Below, one piece after another: positions 48,823 to 63,445 of a stretch of 64,000 nt of DNA. This DNA comes from Eledone cirrhosa. Lineage: Eukaryota. Positions within the stretch are counted from its first letter, which is position 1. Each line of letters opens with the position of its first letter. Made by a program: the position numbers and the translations under genes. The stretch lies in the NCBI GenBank assembly GCA_964016885.1, contig OZ024745.1:55304001-55368000 (forward strand). The letters are read 5' to 3'. Below the pieces are notes generated by a model. The model ran no database searches. It was not told the origin of the DNA and saw only the letters and a program-made list of their open reading frames with translations.

Positions 48823-49426
48823 ATATATTTATTGATAATAACAACAATTCAAAATTTCAGGTCCGTTTGGGAACGGAGTTCAAATTGACCAATGAAAATA
48901 CAAAAAATTTTATGCAGTTTGGTGTGTGTATATACATGTAATTAACTTCGTACACATATTTATATAAAGATATATGCTCACATGCATACGCATGCCAAAA
49001 AGATGTATGCAAATACAAAAATTCAAGGCTAATGTCTCTGTAAGTTTATAATCCACAGATAAAATGCGTATAGACACATAAATATGAAATAAATGTATAC
49101 ACACATTCACATACTCACACATATTCGTACACTCACACACACACGCGCGTATATGCATAAACATACACATAATTACGAACATACATACACACAAACACCC
49201 CCAGACACATATATATGTGCATATAGCATTATCATAAGCATATGGACATTAATGCACGCACATAAACACTGCCACACACATTTAGATCAAGATACAGAAA
49301 TTAGGTGGGAGGGGGGGAGAGGTCAGTATTCAACGGTTTCGGCAGACTGCTTATTTATAGATGTATCTATAAACTTAGAAATAAAAAGAAAAGAAAAAGA
49401 AAAAAGAAAAAAGAAATATATCAAGA

Positions 49427-49470
<44 letters not shown>

Positions 49471-49892
49471 TATACATACAACACACACACACACACATAT
49501 ATAAACATATACATATATATATACACATATATACACACATACATATATATATACACACATATATACACATATATACACACACATATATACACACACATAT
49601 ATATATATACACGCACATATACATACACACACATATATATATATATATACAAACAAGCAAAATATAAAGTATACATCGATATACATACATATAGACATAT
49701 AAATAAATACACACGCATACACACACATACATATACATACATATACATACACATATATATAAACACATACATATACATACATATACATACACATACCATA
49801 TAAATACACATACACATACACAGCCGCATAGATATAGAGACACATACATATACACATATAAATACATAGACACATACATACATAAACACATT

Positions 49893-49952
<60 letters not shown>

Positions 49953-49974
49953 TACACACATATACACATACACG

Positions 49975-50022
<48 letters not shown>

Positions 50023-50162
50023 TATATATATATATATACATATATATATACATATATATATATACACACACATACATATACACACGCATATATATATATA
50101 TTTATATACATTCACAACACTCGTATATATATACACACACTCATACATATACACACATATAC

Positions 50163-50205
<43 letters not shown>

Positions 50206-50392
50206 CAAATATATATATACATATATATATATATACACATATATATACAGTCACATCTACATACATATATATATATATATAAAAATACACTCATATATAT
50301 ACACACATACACATACATACCCACATATAAATATATATATATACATAAATATATATACACATACACACGCACACACACACACACATACATAC

Positions 50393-50465
<73 letters not shown>

Positions 50466-50936
50466 CACACATACATACACATACATACACATATACACAC
50501 ATACATATATATTCACACACACACACCTACACATACATACACATACACATATATAAAGATATATATACACACATACACACACACCCATATATAATAAATA
50601 TATATATATATATATACATATATATACATATACATACATATATACATACATACATACACATACATACATATATATACACACATATACATACACACATACA
50701 CACATACATACATACACACACACATACATACACACACATACGTACTCATACATAGACATAGATATATATTCACACACACATACGCACTTACATATACGCA
50801 TATATACAAATACATACGCATCCATATATGCGTATATACATACAAACACCACTACACTCTCACACAACTCAGACATACAAAGAAAAAGGTATATACATAT
50901 ACACATATACACATATAAACAGAGATATATATACAC

Positions 50937-50975
<39 letters not shown>

Positions 50976-51795
50976 CAACCACATACATATACATACATAC
51001 ACATATACACACATACATATATAGTCACACACACACACCTACACATACATACATATATAATAAATATATATATATACATATAAATATATACATATATATA
51101 TATACATATACATACATATATACATACATATATACACATACATACATATATATACACAAATATATACACACATACACACATACATACATACACACACACA
51201 TACATACAAACACCACTACACTCTCACACAACTCAGACATACAAAGAAAAAGGTATATACATATACATATATACACACATAAATAGAGATACATATACAC
51301 ATATATATATATATATGCATACATATATATATATATATATACCCACACACACATACAACCATAAACACACATACAAACACATACATACACACATATATAC
51401 ATATATATACACACACACAAAGACACACATACACATATATATTTATATATATATATATATATATACACATTTTCACATATATATATATACACATAAATTA
51501 TATTATAATAATAAATAAATAATATATATATATACATATACAAATATATACATACATAGACATACATATATATACACACACACACACACTCACATATATA
51601 TGCGCGCATACGTACACATATACACATACACACATATACACATAAACATATACATGTGCATACATGTACATACACACATATACCCACATAGATACGAAGA
51701 TACACATATATATAGAGAGACATACATATACATACACATATATACACACACATACATACACACATATATATACACATACATACACGCACACACAC

Positions 51796-51853
<58 letters not shown>

Positions 51854-53062
51854 GCATATATATATATATATATACACACAATCATACATCCTTATTTGCA
51901 TGCGCATATATGTATTTTTATACTTAGATATAAACACCCAAACATATATACACCTACCTACATATATATTCATACATACACGCTTACAAATACAGATAAT
52001 AATAGTAGGGGGGAAGGGGGGGAAGGGGATTATAGTAAATATATGTTTCAAGAAACATAGAATATTAATCTGTATTTGGATCTCAATATGTGTTTACATA
52101 GTTTCAGTATTAGGAAATGCAAAATTATGCATTTCAATATAAGTATACCATTAATTATAGGTTAACTAAACTAAAGATAGTTAACGTATTGATTTCTAAG
52201 GTGTAAATTACTTAGGTTTATAATATTTGAAGCAGAATTTTGAAGTTAAATAGTAGTAGAGTATTAATTATAGTATAACTAAATTAAAATTATTAACGTT
52301 ATGGTATCAATATTAGGAAATGAATTTGGTAATAGGGAAAAAACAAATAAAGTATTACATCGGTAGTAGAATATAAATTATAGGTTAACTAAATTAAAAA
52401 TTATATATTAATTTCTATAGTATATGTTAATTAGGTATATAATAAATAAAACAGATATTGTATTTTATCAATAGCAGAATATAATTATATGTAAACAGAA
52501 ATCAAAACTAATACACATATATATATACATATACATACATATATATATATACACATATATATACATACATACACATACACATATATACATACATATACAT
52601 ATTTTTTCAAAAATTGCAAAGAATATATTAATTAGGTATACATCCAAAACACATCCCATTCTATGATTACATGACACTCTGCAATCCGTCTGTATTAGGA
52701 TACTAATTTTAAGCCAATAAATTAAATTTTTAGGTTGACTAAATTTAAAACCAAATTATAAATATATTTCTAAAATGTATATTAATTAGGTCTATAATAC
52801 TAAAAATTATTTCTCTGTCCTTGAATATACGATATTTTGTTATATTTTATCTGTAAAGGAATTTTAATAAAGGGTTAAATAAATTAAAATTAATCTATAA
52901 ATTAAATTACTAAGTATATATTAGTAATATTTAAAGGTTTTTCACAATTTATGATTACACAATATTTTATATTCTCATCTGTAGTAGAATTTTAATTAAA
53001 TTAAATTTATAGGTTAACTAACATTTAAATTAAATTATATATTAATTTCTAAAATAATGTTA

Positions 53063-53725
53063 TTAATTAGGTTTATAATATTTAAATGTTTTTTTTAGTT
53101 TATGATTACACGATATAATTAATTCCTGTCGTTTATTTAATAGGATATCATTAGATTTCATTATTTCAAATAGTTCTTGGGAACATAATCTACATTCATT
53201 TCTATTATTTTGATAAGGGGTGGCTCTTTTGAGCACACTCCAGGTCAAATCATATTCTATATTCTTATTTTTATAACTATTGATTTTTTCTGCTAGAGAT
53301 GTTGTATTAGCCAGTGCGGCATTTTTAAAACTATGCTTGTGGGTATTAAACCTTGTCTTAAAATTGTTAGAAGTAGCTCCTATATATGAGCAAATAGAAT
53401 CTTTAGTTTTAACATTACATTTATAGACTATGTTGTTAACAAGACAATTCCCTTTTAATGGGCAGTTTGCTTTGTTTCTACAGTTACAACCTTTCGTTAA
53501 TTCTGTATTTGAGGAGATATTATGGTTAGTTTGATGTATTGGTGGTATACTTATGGTTTTCTTACATTTATATGCATTATAGGCACTTATATTTTGTTTT
53601 ATGTTATTTGTTGTTGAGTATGAGAATTTAACTGTAGACCTATTTAAGATTTGATGGTATTTGTGGTTTGGCGGGAAGTTTTTCTCTAGGATATAAAAAC
53701 ATTTTTTAGCAATATTATCCTTAAT
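53063..53725 (-). CDS. Open-frame C-terminal ~220 aa of a PLE protein (thumb end, Zn linker, GIY-YIG); 5'-truncated
   Basis: My translation: FPPNHKYHQILNRSTVKFSYST...GCNCRNKANCPLKGNCL..IVYKC..SYIGATS..FKTRFNTH...CRLCSQE..LLNKRQE..SCNH; no stop seen. Confidence 0.8.
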   Translation of the reverse strand: MKDNIAKKCFYILEKNFPPNHKYHQILNRSTVKFSYSTTNNIKQNISAYNAYKCKKTISIPPIHQTNHNISSNTELTKGCNCRNKANCPLKGNCLVNNIVYKCNVKTKDSICSYIGATSNNFKTRFNTHKHSFKNAALANTTSLAEKINSYKNKNIEYDLTWSVLKRATPYQNNRNECRLCSQELFEIMKSNDILLNKRQELIISCNHKLKKTFKYYKPN

Positions 53726-54453
53726 TTGTATATGTATATATATATATTATTTATTTATTATTATAAAATAATTTATGTGTATATATATATGTGTGAAAAT
53801 GTGTATATATATATATATATATATATAAATATATATGTGTATGTGTGTCTTTGTGTGTGTGTATATATATGTATATATGTGTGTATGTATGTGTTTGTAT
53901 GTGTGTTTATGATTGTATGTGTGTGTGGGTATATATATATATATGTATGTATATATATATATATATGTGTATATGTATCTCTATTTATGTGTGTATATAT
54001 GTATATGTATATACCTTTTTCTTTGTATGTCTGAGTTGTGTGAGAGTGTAGTGGTGTTTGTATGTATATACGCATATATGGATGCGTATATATTTGTATA
54101 TATACGTATATGTAAGTGCGTATGTGTGTGTGAATATATATCTATGTCTATGTATGAGTGTGTATGTGTGTGTATGTATGTGTGTGTGGATGTATGTATG
54201 TGTGTATGTGTGTATATATTTGTGTATATATATGTATGTATGTGTATATATGTATGTATATATGTATGTATATGTATATATATATATGTATATATTTATA
54301 TGTATATATATATATTTATTATATATGTATGTGTGTGTATGTGTGTATTATATATCTTTATATATGTGTATGTGTATGTATGTGTAGGTGTGTGTGTGTG
54401 ACTATATATGTATGTGTGTATATGTGTATGTATGTATATGTATGTGGGTGTAC

Positions 54454-54517
<64 letters not shown>

Positions 54518-54992
54518 GTGTATATATATCTCTGTTTATATGTGTATATGTGTATATGTATATACCTTTTTCTTTGTATGTCTGAGTTGTGTGAGAGTGT
54601 AGTGGTGTTTGTATGTATATACGCATATATGGATGCGTATGTATTTGTATATATGCGTATATGTAAGTGCGTATGTGTGTGTGAATATATATCTATGTCT
54701 ATGTATGAGTATGTATGTGTGTGTATGTATGTGTGTGTGTATGTATGTATGTGTGTATGTGTGTATGTATATGTGTGTATATATATGTATGTATGTGTAT
54801 GTATGTATGTATATATGTATGTATATGTATATATATGTATATATATATATATATATATATTTATTATATATGGGTGTGTGTGTATGTGTGTATATATATC
54901 TTTATATATGTGTATGTGTATGTATGTGTAGGTGTGTGTGTGTGAATATATATGTATGTGTGTATATGTGTATGTATGTGTATGTATGTGTG

Positions 54993-55065
<73 letters not shown>

Positions 55066-55222
55066 GTATGTATGTGTGTGTGTGTGTGCGTGTGTATGTG
55101 TATATATATTTATGTATATATATATATTTATATGTGGGTATGTATGTGTATGTGTGTATATATATGAGTGTATTTATATATATATATATATATGTATGTA
55201 GATGTGACTGTATATATATGTG

Positions 55223-55291
<69 letters not shown>

Positions 55292-55431
55292 ATGTATATG
55301 TGTGTATATGTATGAGTGTGTGTATATATATACGAGTGTTGTGAATGTATATAAATATATATATATATGCGTGTGTATATGTATGTGTGTGTATATATAT
55401 ATATGTATATATATATGTATATATATATATA

Positions 55432-55464
<33 letters not shown>

Positions 55465-55945
55465 GTATGTATGCGTGTATGTGTATATGTGTGTAAAAAA
55501 AAATATATATATATATAAGAATGTGTTTATGTATGTATGTGTCTATGTATTTATATGTGTATATGTATGTGTCTCTATATCTATGCGGCTGTGTATGTGT
55601 ATGTGTATTTATATGGTATGTGTATGTATATGTATGTATATGTATGTGTTTATATATATGTGTATGTATATGTATGTATATGTATGTTTGTGTATGCGTG
55701 TGTATTTATTTATATGTCTATATGTATGTATATCGATGTATACTTTATATTTTGCTTGTTTGTATATATATATATATATATATGTGTGTGTATGTATATG
55801 TGCGTGTATATATATATATGTGTGTGTATATATGTGTGTGTATATATGTGTATATATGTGTGTATATATATATGTATGTGTGTATATATGTGTATATATA
55901 TATGTATATGTTTATATATGTGTGTGTGTGTGTGTTGTATGTATA

Positions 55946-55987
<42 letters not shown>

Positions 55988-56591
55988 TCTTGATATATTT
56001 CTTTTTTCTTTTTTCTTTTTCTTTTCTTTTTATTTCTAAGTTTATAGATACATCTATAAATAAGCAGTCTGCCGAAACCGTTGAATACTGACCTCTCCCC
56101 CCCTCCCACCTAATTTCTGTGTCTTGATCTAAATGTGTGTGGCAGTGTTTATGTGCGTGCATTAATGTCCATATGCTTATGATAATGCTATATGCACATA
56201 TATATGTGTGTGGGGGTGTGTGTGTGTATGTATGTTCGTAATTATGTGTATGTTTATGCATATACGCGCGTGTGTGTGTGAGTGTACGAATATGTGTGAG
56301 TATGTGAATGTGTGTATACATTTATTTCATATTTATGTGTCTATACGCATTTTATCTGTGGATTATAAACTTACAGAGACATTAGCCTTGAATTTTTGTA
56401 TTTGCATACATCTTTTTGGCATGCGTATGCATGTGAGCATATATCTTTATATAAATATGTGTACGAAGTTAATTACATGTATATACACACACCAAACTGC
56501 ATAAAATTTTTTGTATTTTCATTGGTCAATTTGAACTCCGTTCCCAAACGGACCTTAAATTTTGAATTGTTGTTATTATCAATAAATATAT

Positions 56592-56746
56592 TTCATTATT
56601 TCTGAAGACGGCATATATGTGTGTTTGGTATGTATATTTAATCTTGATAGTTTGTATAATTTTGTATAATTTTGTACATAGATCTGTTGAATATGCATGC
56701 CAATTCTAACACATATATATCCTAGAAACGATCGTTAAATAATGAA
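56592..56746 (+). ncRNA. Type I hammerhead ribozyme, 10-bp stem I
   Basis: TTCATTATTT-CTGAAGA-[CATATATGTGT...ACACATATAT]-GAAA-CGATCG-TT-AAATAATGAA. Confidence 0.85.
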
Positions 56747-56800
56747 CTTTTTTTGTTTAATATAAGGAACTGTTTCATTGTTTTATTCATTATTTTTTTA

Positions 56801-56972
<172 letters not shown>

Positions 56973-57022
56973 CATTTATATATACACACACATATATATA
57001 TACATATAAGTATATATATATA

Positions 57023-57240
57023 TGGTGGCTGCCAACTCGTTTTCGAGTACGGCCACTACTTTATATCCATGTAGGAGAACCCCTACCGATCCTCTGAACG
57101 AGTGTCACTTTTTAGTCCAGCCACCGACTTGAAAACTCTGGTACAACCACTACATTTGTGAAAATGATTGACACATAGTGCTGGGCCCATGATACCATGT
57201 GACGACAAGTGCAGAGAGATCTCCACATATAAAGCAATGT
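57023..57240 (-). mobile_element. 5'-truncated RTE-derived SINE-like copy
   Basis: Matches the 3' half of 2395-2806. Confidence 0.7.
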
Positions 57241-57248
57241 ATATATAT

Positions 57249-57380
<132 letters not shown>

Positions 57381-57407
57381 CACAACTATCAAAGTTATGT
57401 TCAAATC

Positions 57408-57452
57408 GCTGACAATTGTCTCTTCCAAACTTTTGTTTGGCGTCATCGGAGC
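57408..57452 (-). ncRNA. Degenerate hammerhead (CCGATGA / GAGA core)
   Basis: Minus strand: GCT-CCGATGA-CGCCAAAC-AAAA-GTTTGGAA-GAGA-CAATTG-TC-AGC. Confidence 0.5.
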
Positions 57453-57639
57453 ATTATCAATGTTTGTACATATAATTAACCTCCTATTCAACTGAAAACC
57501 TCCTAATCAACTTTAAAACACATGGTGTTCTTACATTGAGCTATTTCTCTTACTGGTAATAGGGTAGTAATAAATTACTGAGCTTTCCTGTTTATAGTTG
57601 TTTATAGTATAGTATATACATAACTATACATAGTATCAT

Positions 57640-57734
<95 letters not shown>

Positions 57735-57735
<1 letters not shown>

Positions 57736-57878
57736 GTACATATATATAAGTGTGCATGTATGTATATATATATATACATACTACTGTACGTCTGTATACA
57801 TATATGTATGTACGTATACATACTTATATTTAAGTATCAGCCGTTCTAAGAGTGAGAAATGAAATTTCATTTCATTCT
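57735..57878 (+). mobile_element. Fragment of family B
   Basis: Matches ~30790-30948. Confidence 0.7.
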
Positions 57879-57913
57879 TTTCTCTCTATATATATATACA
57901 TATATATATACAA

Positions 57914-57953
<40 letters not shown>

Positions 57954-58071
57954 ACTTGTATGTATATCCACATAACTGTATAAGAGGGCACACGACTGTA
58001 CAATGTTGATTTGGCGATTAGTAGTGTTAAAGAATATAAGAAAAACGTACACATTCAAATAAAATCAATAT

Positions 58072-58600
58072 GCTAACTGGGGGGTTTCCGTGGGCCACGA
58101 TAGGAGGATAACCCACAAAAAGCCTCGAATGAACTGCCCGGTTGGCAGAGAGTTGTAAGCGCTTGCATGCATTTCAAGCTCCAAGGACTCTCTCACGATC
58201 TTCGCTTGACCCTGAGAACACTAGCTATGTTAAAACCTGTATAGTGGAGGGCGAACACAACATGTCCATCGTTTAGGAAGAGTTGGAGATGCCATAACAT
58301 CAGTGAATGTTTGTGCATCGTCGGCACGCGATGCCATGTCTTTCAAGCATTGGATGTTGACAGAAAAGGAGCCCCTTGACCAGGGGAACCATTCCTTTCC
58401 TCAAAATGCGAAAGTGTAACCTCTCGAATGGAGTCAGACTAGACCAGGAATAAAGAAGAAGAAGAAGAAGAAGAAGAAGAAGAAGAAGAAGAAGAAGAAG
58501 AAGAAGAAGAAGAAGAAGAAGAAGAAGAAGAAGAAGAAGAAGAAGAAGAAGAAGAAGAAGAAGAAGAAGAAGAAGAAGAAGAAGAAGAAGAAGAAGAAGA
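58072..58600 (+). mobile_element. GC-richer non-LTR/SINE-like insert with a (GAA)n tail (~58454-58600)
   Basis: Composition shift followed by about 49 GAA units; family not recognised. Confidence 0.45.
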
Positions 58601-59170
58601 TACTGATGATGAAAAAGATGTGGATGAGTGAGATAGGTATTTCTAAAACAATGGAGTGTATACATATATAAAACTCTTGTAGATTTAAATCGTTTGGTGG
58701 CACGAAGGTAGTATCACAGACAGTCTGCTTAATAAAAGGTCTATGTACAGATAAATAAATATAAAAGGTGAAAATGTGCCAATTAGATTATTTCCTCTGA
58801 CTTTAGAATACAATAAGTATGACAGATATGAACAATATTGTTTTTTTTTATGTTCATCATACATCACACGAACATTTTTTATTGATACTGTTTCTTTATC
58901 TTCGTTCTAATTCCAAAGGCAAATCATCTCAAATTGGTGGTGCATCGTATATACATCAATGTATTTAATTCCTTCATGGAATGCTTCTTTGCCAATTAAG
59001 CAGTACAGACAACGCCCATAAAAGCGTGCACTAATAAACTTGACAAAACTGTGGCACCCATAATGATGAGCTAAACCTGACAAAAACAAAATTACGCATA
59101 AACATAGGCACACGTAGGAATAAACACATATATATGTATCTATACATATATACATAGACACAGACCTATA

Positions 59171-59227
<57 letters not shown>

Positions 59228-60002
59228 TATATATGCATATATGCATTTATATATACATATACATATATAATATATATGTGTGTGTGTGTGTGTGTGTGGA
59301 TAGATAGCGAGATGTAGAGAAGCAGATATACGTATTGTACATGTATATTTCCACACATATTGTTGTAGTGTACGCCTGTATGAGTCTGTTTGTGTATATG
59401 GGTGTGTATGCGTGTGCGCGCGTGTGTGTGTGTTTCTGTATGTGCGTGTATGTGTAAAGTCGTAATTCTATAATGAATACAACTGTATTGTCTTCTCTAC
59501 ATGTTGTCAAACATTTATGCATATAATACAGAAAAATAGAAAATTATTGGAAATCATTAAATCCAAAGCGCTGTAAGAAAATGTATATTAGTAGTATTGT
59601 GAACTTCACAATATTATTTTCGTGTTATGATATTGGTCTGATTCATTATTACTAAAATATTGTCTAATTGTTACATTTGATTTCACATTCGTAAAGAAAC
59701 TAAAAATATGCATCAAATGAAGAAGAACAAAAAAGAGCAGAAATACACACACAATCTATGAAAAACACACATACACACACTGATATATATATAAATATAT
59801 ATATATGTATATATTATATTATTTTTTATTTTCTCGTGTATTGGTTGTCTCCCCTTCCCGCTTTGTGACGCTATAATACTTCCTCAGTCAAAAACTGCTG
59901 GAATTTCAAATTTGGCGGTCATTCGATGCGTGAGGGAGTAACTTAGCAGACACGATTTTTAACTGCGGTAAGAATGTTTTCTTATATCAAAGTTTAATGG
60001 GC

Positions 60003-60127
60003 TTCCACTGATGATTTATAAGCGCCCACCTAAATATATTCTTACATGAATATATGTTAGGCTTCTACATAAACTGGAAACATTCTCCCAATTTGTAGAA
60101 AACTTATAATGAAACAATTGTTTGGAA
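60003..60127 (+). ncRNA. Type I hammerhead ribozyme (family C copy ~59850-60310)
   Basis: TTCCA-CTGATGA-TTTATAAG...CTTATAAT-GAAA-CAATTG-TT-TGGAA. Confidence 0.85.
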
Positions 60128-60532
60128 AGAGAGATATATTTTAACTTTAATTATATCTCATAAAATAATACAACTGGCTTTCCACAAAATACATATAGTT
60201 AGCACCCCAAACACTTAAATTTGGTTTATACTAACATATAACCTAATGTTTGTTGAGTGAGATGGTTACCAGTCAGAGTTTAGCTTTAAGCTATCTCTGT
60301 TATTGTATTAAATATATATGTATATATAGTATTAGTTATACTATTTATGGTTATGTAAACACAAAACCTTAAGCAGTTGTAAGTATTTTACACACACCCT
60401 AAATAGTGGTAGGCAGTAATGTATTACTACCTTATTACCAGTAAGTTAAGTAGCTCAATGTAAAAACATCAGATGATTTACAGAGCAGTTATATGAAATA
60501 TATGAATCAAAGAACTGTTCAAAACATTATTG

Positions 60533-60579
60533 TGCTTACAGCTGTTTCCTCCAAACCGAGGTTTGGATTCTTCGGAGCA
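60533..60579 (-). ncRNA. Hammerhead, CCGAAGA core variant
   Basis: Reverse complement of 62074-62120. Confidence 0.7.
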
Positions 60580-62073
60580 ATTTATTAATGCATGGACAGT
60601 TATATGACCTCCTTTTCAGCCGAGAGACATACCAATACATATTCAAACATTGATACATATTCAAACATTGTGGGTCAACATTCATTACAGAATTTAGAGT
60701 GGCAGTACACACTTCGAGATTACATTTATATTAATAGGTACAATCAAAAAAATCAAAGATATAGGTTAAAGTACAACATGAAGATAAGTGGTTATATAGT
60801 GCAAATGTTATATGTGTGGCACGCATGTGCGTCTTGTTTATATAGTGTGGCAGAGAGATATGTGTGGTAGAGGCACTTAGGTAGGTAAATAAGAGTGTTA
60901 GGTTGGTAGATCTGGTGGCAAAGTCTTTATATGCAATGCAATGACTTCACCAAAGTCTTTATATGCAATGCAACTGCCGTGCGGGTTGTACGTATATGGA
61001 TGATCTGACGGTCAGAGAGGGGTCGCGAGGACTGCGACTTGACCTTTGGCCTGCTTGGGGATGATTATCTTTCGACATCCAATGTAGCAAGCGATGACCC
61101 GGATCTTACCAGAGATCATTGGGTCCTGAAGCAATCCTGCAATCACCGCGCCTGGTCATATGAGCAGACTACAACCATAGAGATCATTAATTTAGAATCC
61201 TCGCTCATCATCTATAATTTCCATTTGTAGCACCTTAAGATGGGTTAATCCACCCTAATAATAATATGGTCACCTTCAGCATAATTTAGTTAAACTACTC
61301 TATAGTTAGTACACTTTATGCTTTAAAAGTCTCTCTTGGAAGGTGCACCTCACCATAGAATTTAGGGTCTATATTGAGACACATTTTAATGGCTAGATAT
61401 AGAAACCCCAGAGTTACCTCCCCGCATGCATTAACTCCCCTTAGCCACACACACACTTCCGGTATTCAATGGCGTCTCTCGAAACGTAACAACCACCTGT
61501 ATCGAACTAAAGAGCACCAGACTACGATCTCTAACTGGATTGTCGTGGATTATGTGAAAGGCATATAATCGAAATATACACTCCCTTGACCATGAAAATA
61601 CCGAAGTACATGAATTACTTGACATCCCTGCGCTGTGCATCTCCAATACTTATAACACTTTTAATGCTTGCACTATCTTTAATGCTTATAATATTTCTCC
61701 ACACACAGACTATATCAATCATATAAAGACTTTGCCACCAGATCTACCAACCTAACACTCTTATTTACCTACCTAAGTGCCTCTACCACACATATCTCTC
61801 TGCCACACTATATAAACAAGACGCACATGCGTGCCACACATATAACATTTGCACTATATAACCACTTATCTTCATGTTGTACTTTAACCTATATCTTTGA
61901 TTTTTTTGATTGTACCTATTAATATAAATGTAATCTCGAAGTGTGTACTGCCACTCTAAATTCTGTAATGAATGTTGACCCACAATGTTTGAATATGTAT
62001 CAATGTTTGAATATGTATTGGTATGTCTCTCGGCTGAAAAGGAGGTCATATAACTGTCCATGCATTAATAAAT

Positions 62074-62120
62074 TGCTCCGAAGAATCCAAACCTCGGTTT
62101 GGAGGAAACAGCTGTAAGCA
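62074..62120 (+). ncRNA. Hammerhead, CCGAAGA core variant
   Basis: TGCT-CCGAAGA-ATCCAAAC-CTCG-GTTTGGAG-GAAA-CAGCTG-TA-AGCA. Confidence 0.7.
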
Positions 62121-62197
62121 CAATAATGTTTTGAACAGTTCTTTGATTCATATATTTCATATGTATATATATATATATATGTAAGTATCCACACGGG

Positions 62198-62228
<31 letters not shown>

Positions 62229-62332
62229 TCATACATACAAACACATATATACACATACATATGTACTTGTGGGTTATATTGAACGAGTAATTTTGGGGAG
62301 GTGAAAGTCGATTAAATCGACCCCTGTACGTT

Positions 62333-63445
62333 ACTTGTTATTCTTAAGGGTTTTTATGGCCAAGCGGACTTCCTTCTCGGTGAAGTCATCAGTATTGATA
62401 GGCAACAAACTTGTAGGTTCCTTAGTGTCTGCTGGCACACGTGGCTCCGGTCGCTTGAGGACTTCCTTGAAATGTTCAGCCTATCTGACTAACTTTTCTT
62501 CACTCTTGGAAAGCAGCGTACAATCTTTCCCTTTCACCGGGCCTGAGTTAGCTCTAGAGCTGCCGGTGATTTTCTTGGCAATTTGGTACACAGAGCGCAT
62601 GTCATTGCGTGCCGCATCTGCTTCCGCCTCATCTGCCTTACCCTCAAACCACATTCGTTTGTCCTTTGGGGCGCTGCGTTTCACCTCCTTGTCCTTGTCA
62701 ACATACTGCTGATATACCTTGATGGCCTCTGGGGTAGTGGCATACCTCTTCTGGTGTAGGGCTTTCCTTTCATTAATCAGCTGCCAGGTGTTGTCGCTGA
62801 CCCAAGCTTCTCTGAGGGACTTCCTGTAGCCCAGAATTTCTTCCCCTGCAGCTTCCATGGTCTTCTTCATTTCCTCCCACCAATTGACCGAGCCTGGTAC
62901 AGACTCCTCAAGGACAGCAAATCTGTTCCTCAAAGCAGCCTCGAACTGTGCTTCTGTGTCACCGTTCTTCAGCTTGGTAGTGTCAAAAGGCCTTGTAGTG
63001 AGTGCTCTCTTCTTCTGATTCCTCAGACTGATTTTAAGTTTGGTAACAGACAGATAGTGGTCACTGCATACATCTGCGCCCCGGTAGACTCGGACATCCT
63101 GCAGGCAAGGAGCTCTCCAACTTGGGCCAATCGCAATGTGGTATATTTGCGTCTTGGTCCTGTGGTCGTTCGAAACCCACGTGACCTTGTGGATGTTCTT
63201 GTTGTCAAATAGTGACGAGCCGATTTTCATATTGTTCATGGCACAGAACTGGACAAACCTGTCCCCGTTGTTCATGCGGTTTCCATAAGCATGGGGGCCA
63301 AGGACATGTTCAAAGCCAACCCTGCTTCCCCCGATCTATGCGTTCTTGTCTCTCATGATGATCAGGATGTCATGACGTGGGGTTTTGTTTACAACATCTT
63401 GTAGTTGCTGGTAGAAAGCGTCCTTGTCATCACCGATATGTTCGT
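62333..63445 (-). mobile_element. RTE-clade LINE, inverted 5' segment (APE C-half and linker)
   Basis: KDAFYQQLQ, NNGDRF, HKVTWVS, DVRVYRGADVCSDH, ending at EVRLAIKTLKNNK. Confidence 0.9.

Larger units (their letters stand above)
60491..62162 (+). mobile_element. PLE-type insertion: inverted pLTR (60491-60933), body, pLTR (61720-62162)
   Basis: 443-bp apparently identical inverted arms with hammerheads; weak GIY-YIG relic in the spacer. Confidence 0.8.

Noticed and set aside
58300-58703. Poly-Leu and poly-Phe ORFs
   Set aside because: Translations of the (GAA)n tract.
60592-62061. Two identical 92-aa ORFs on opposite strands
   Set aside because: A by-product of the 443-bp inverted pLTR arms; no recognisable motif.
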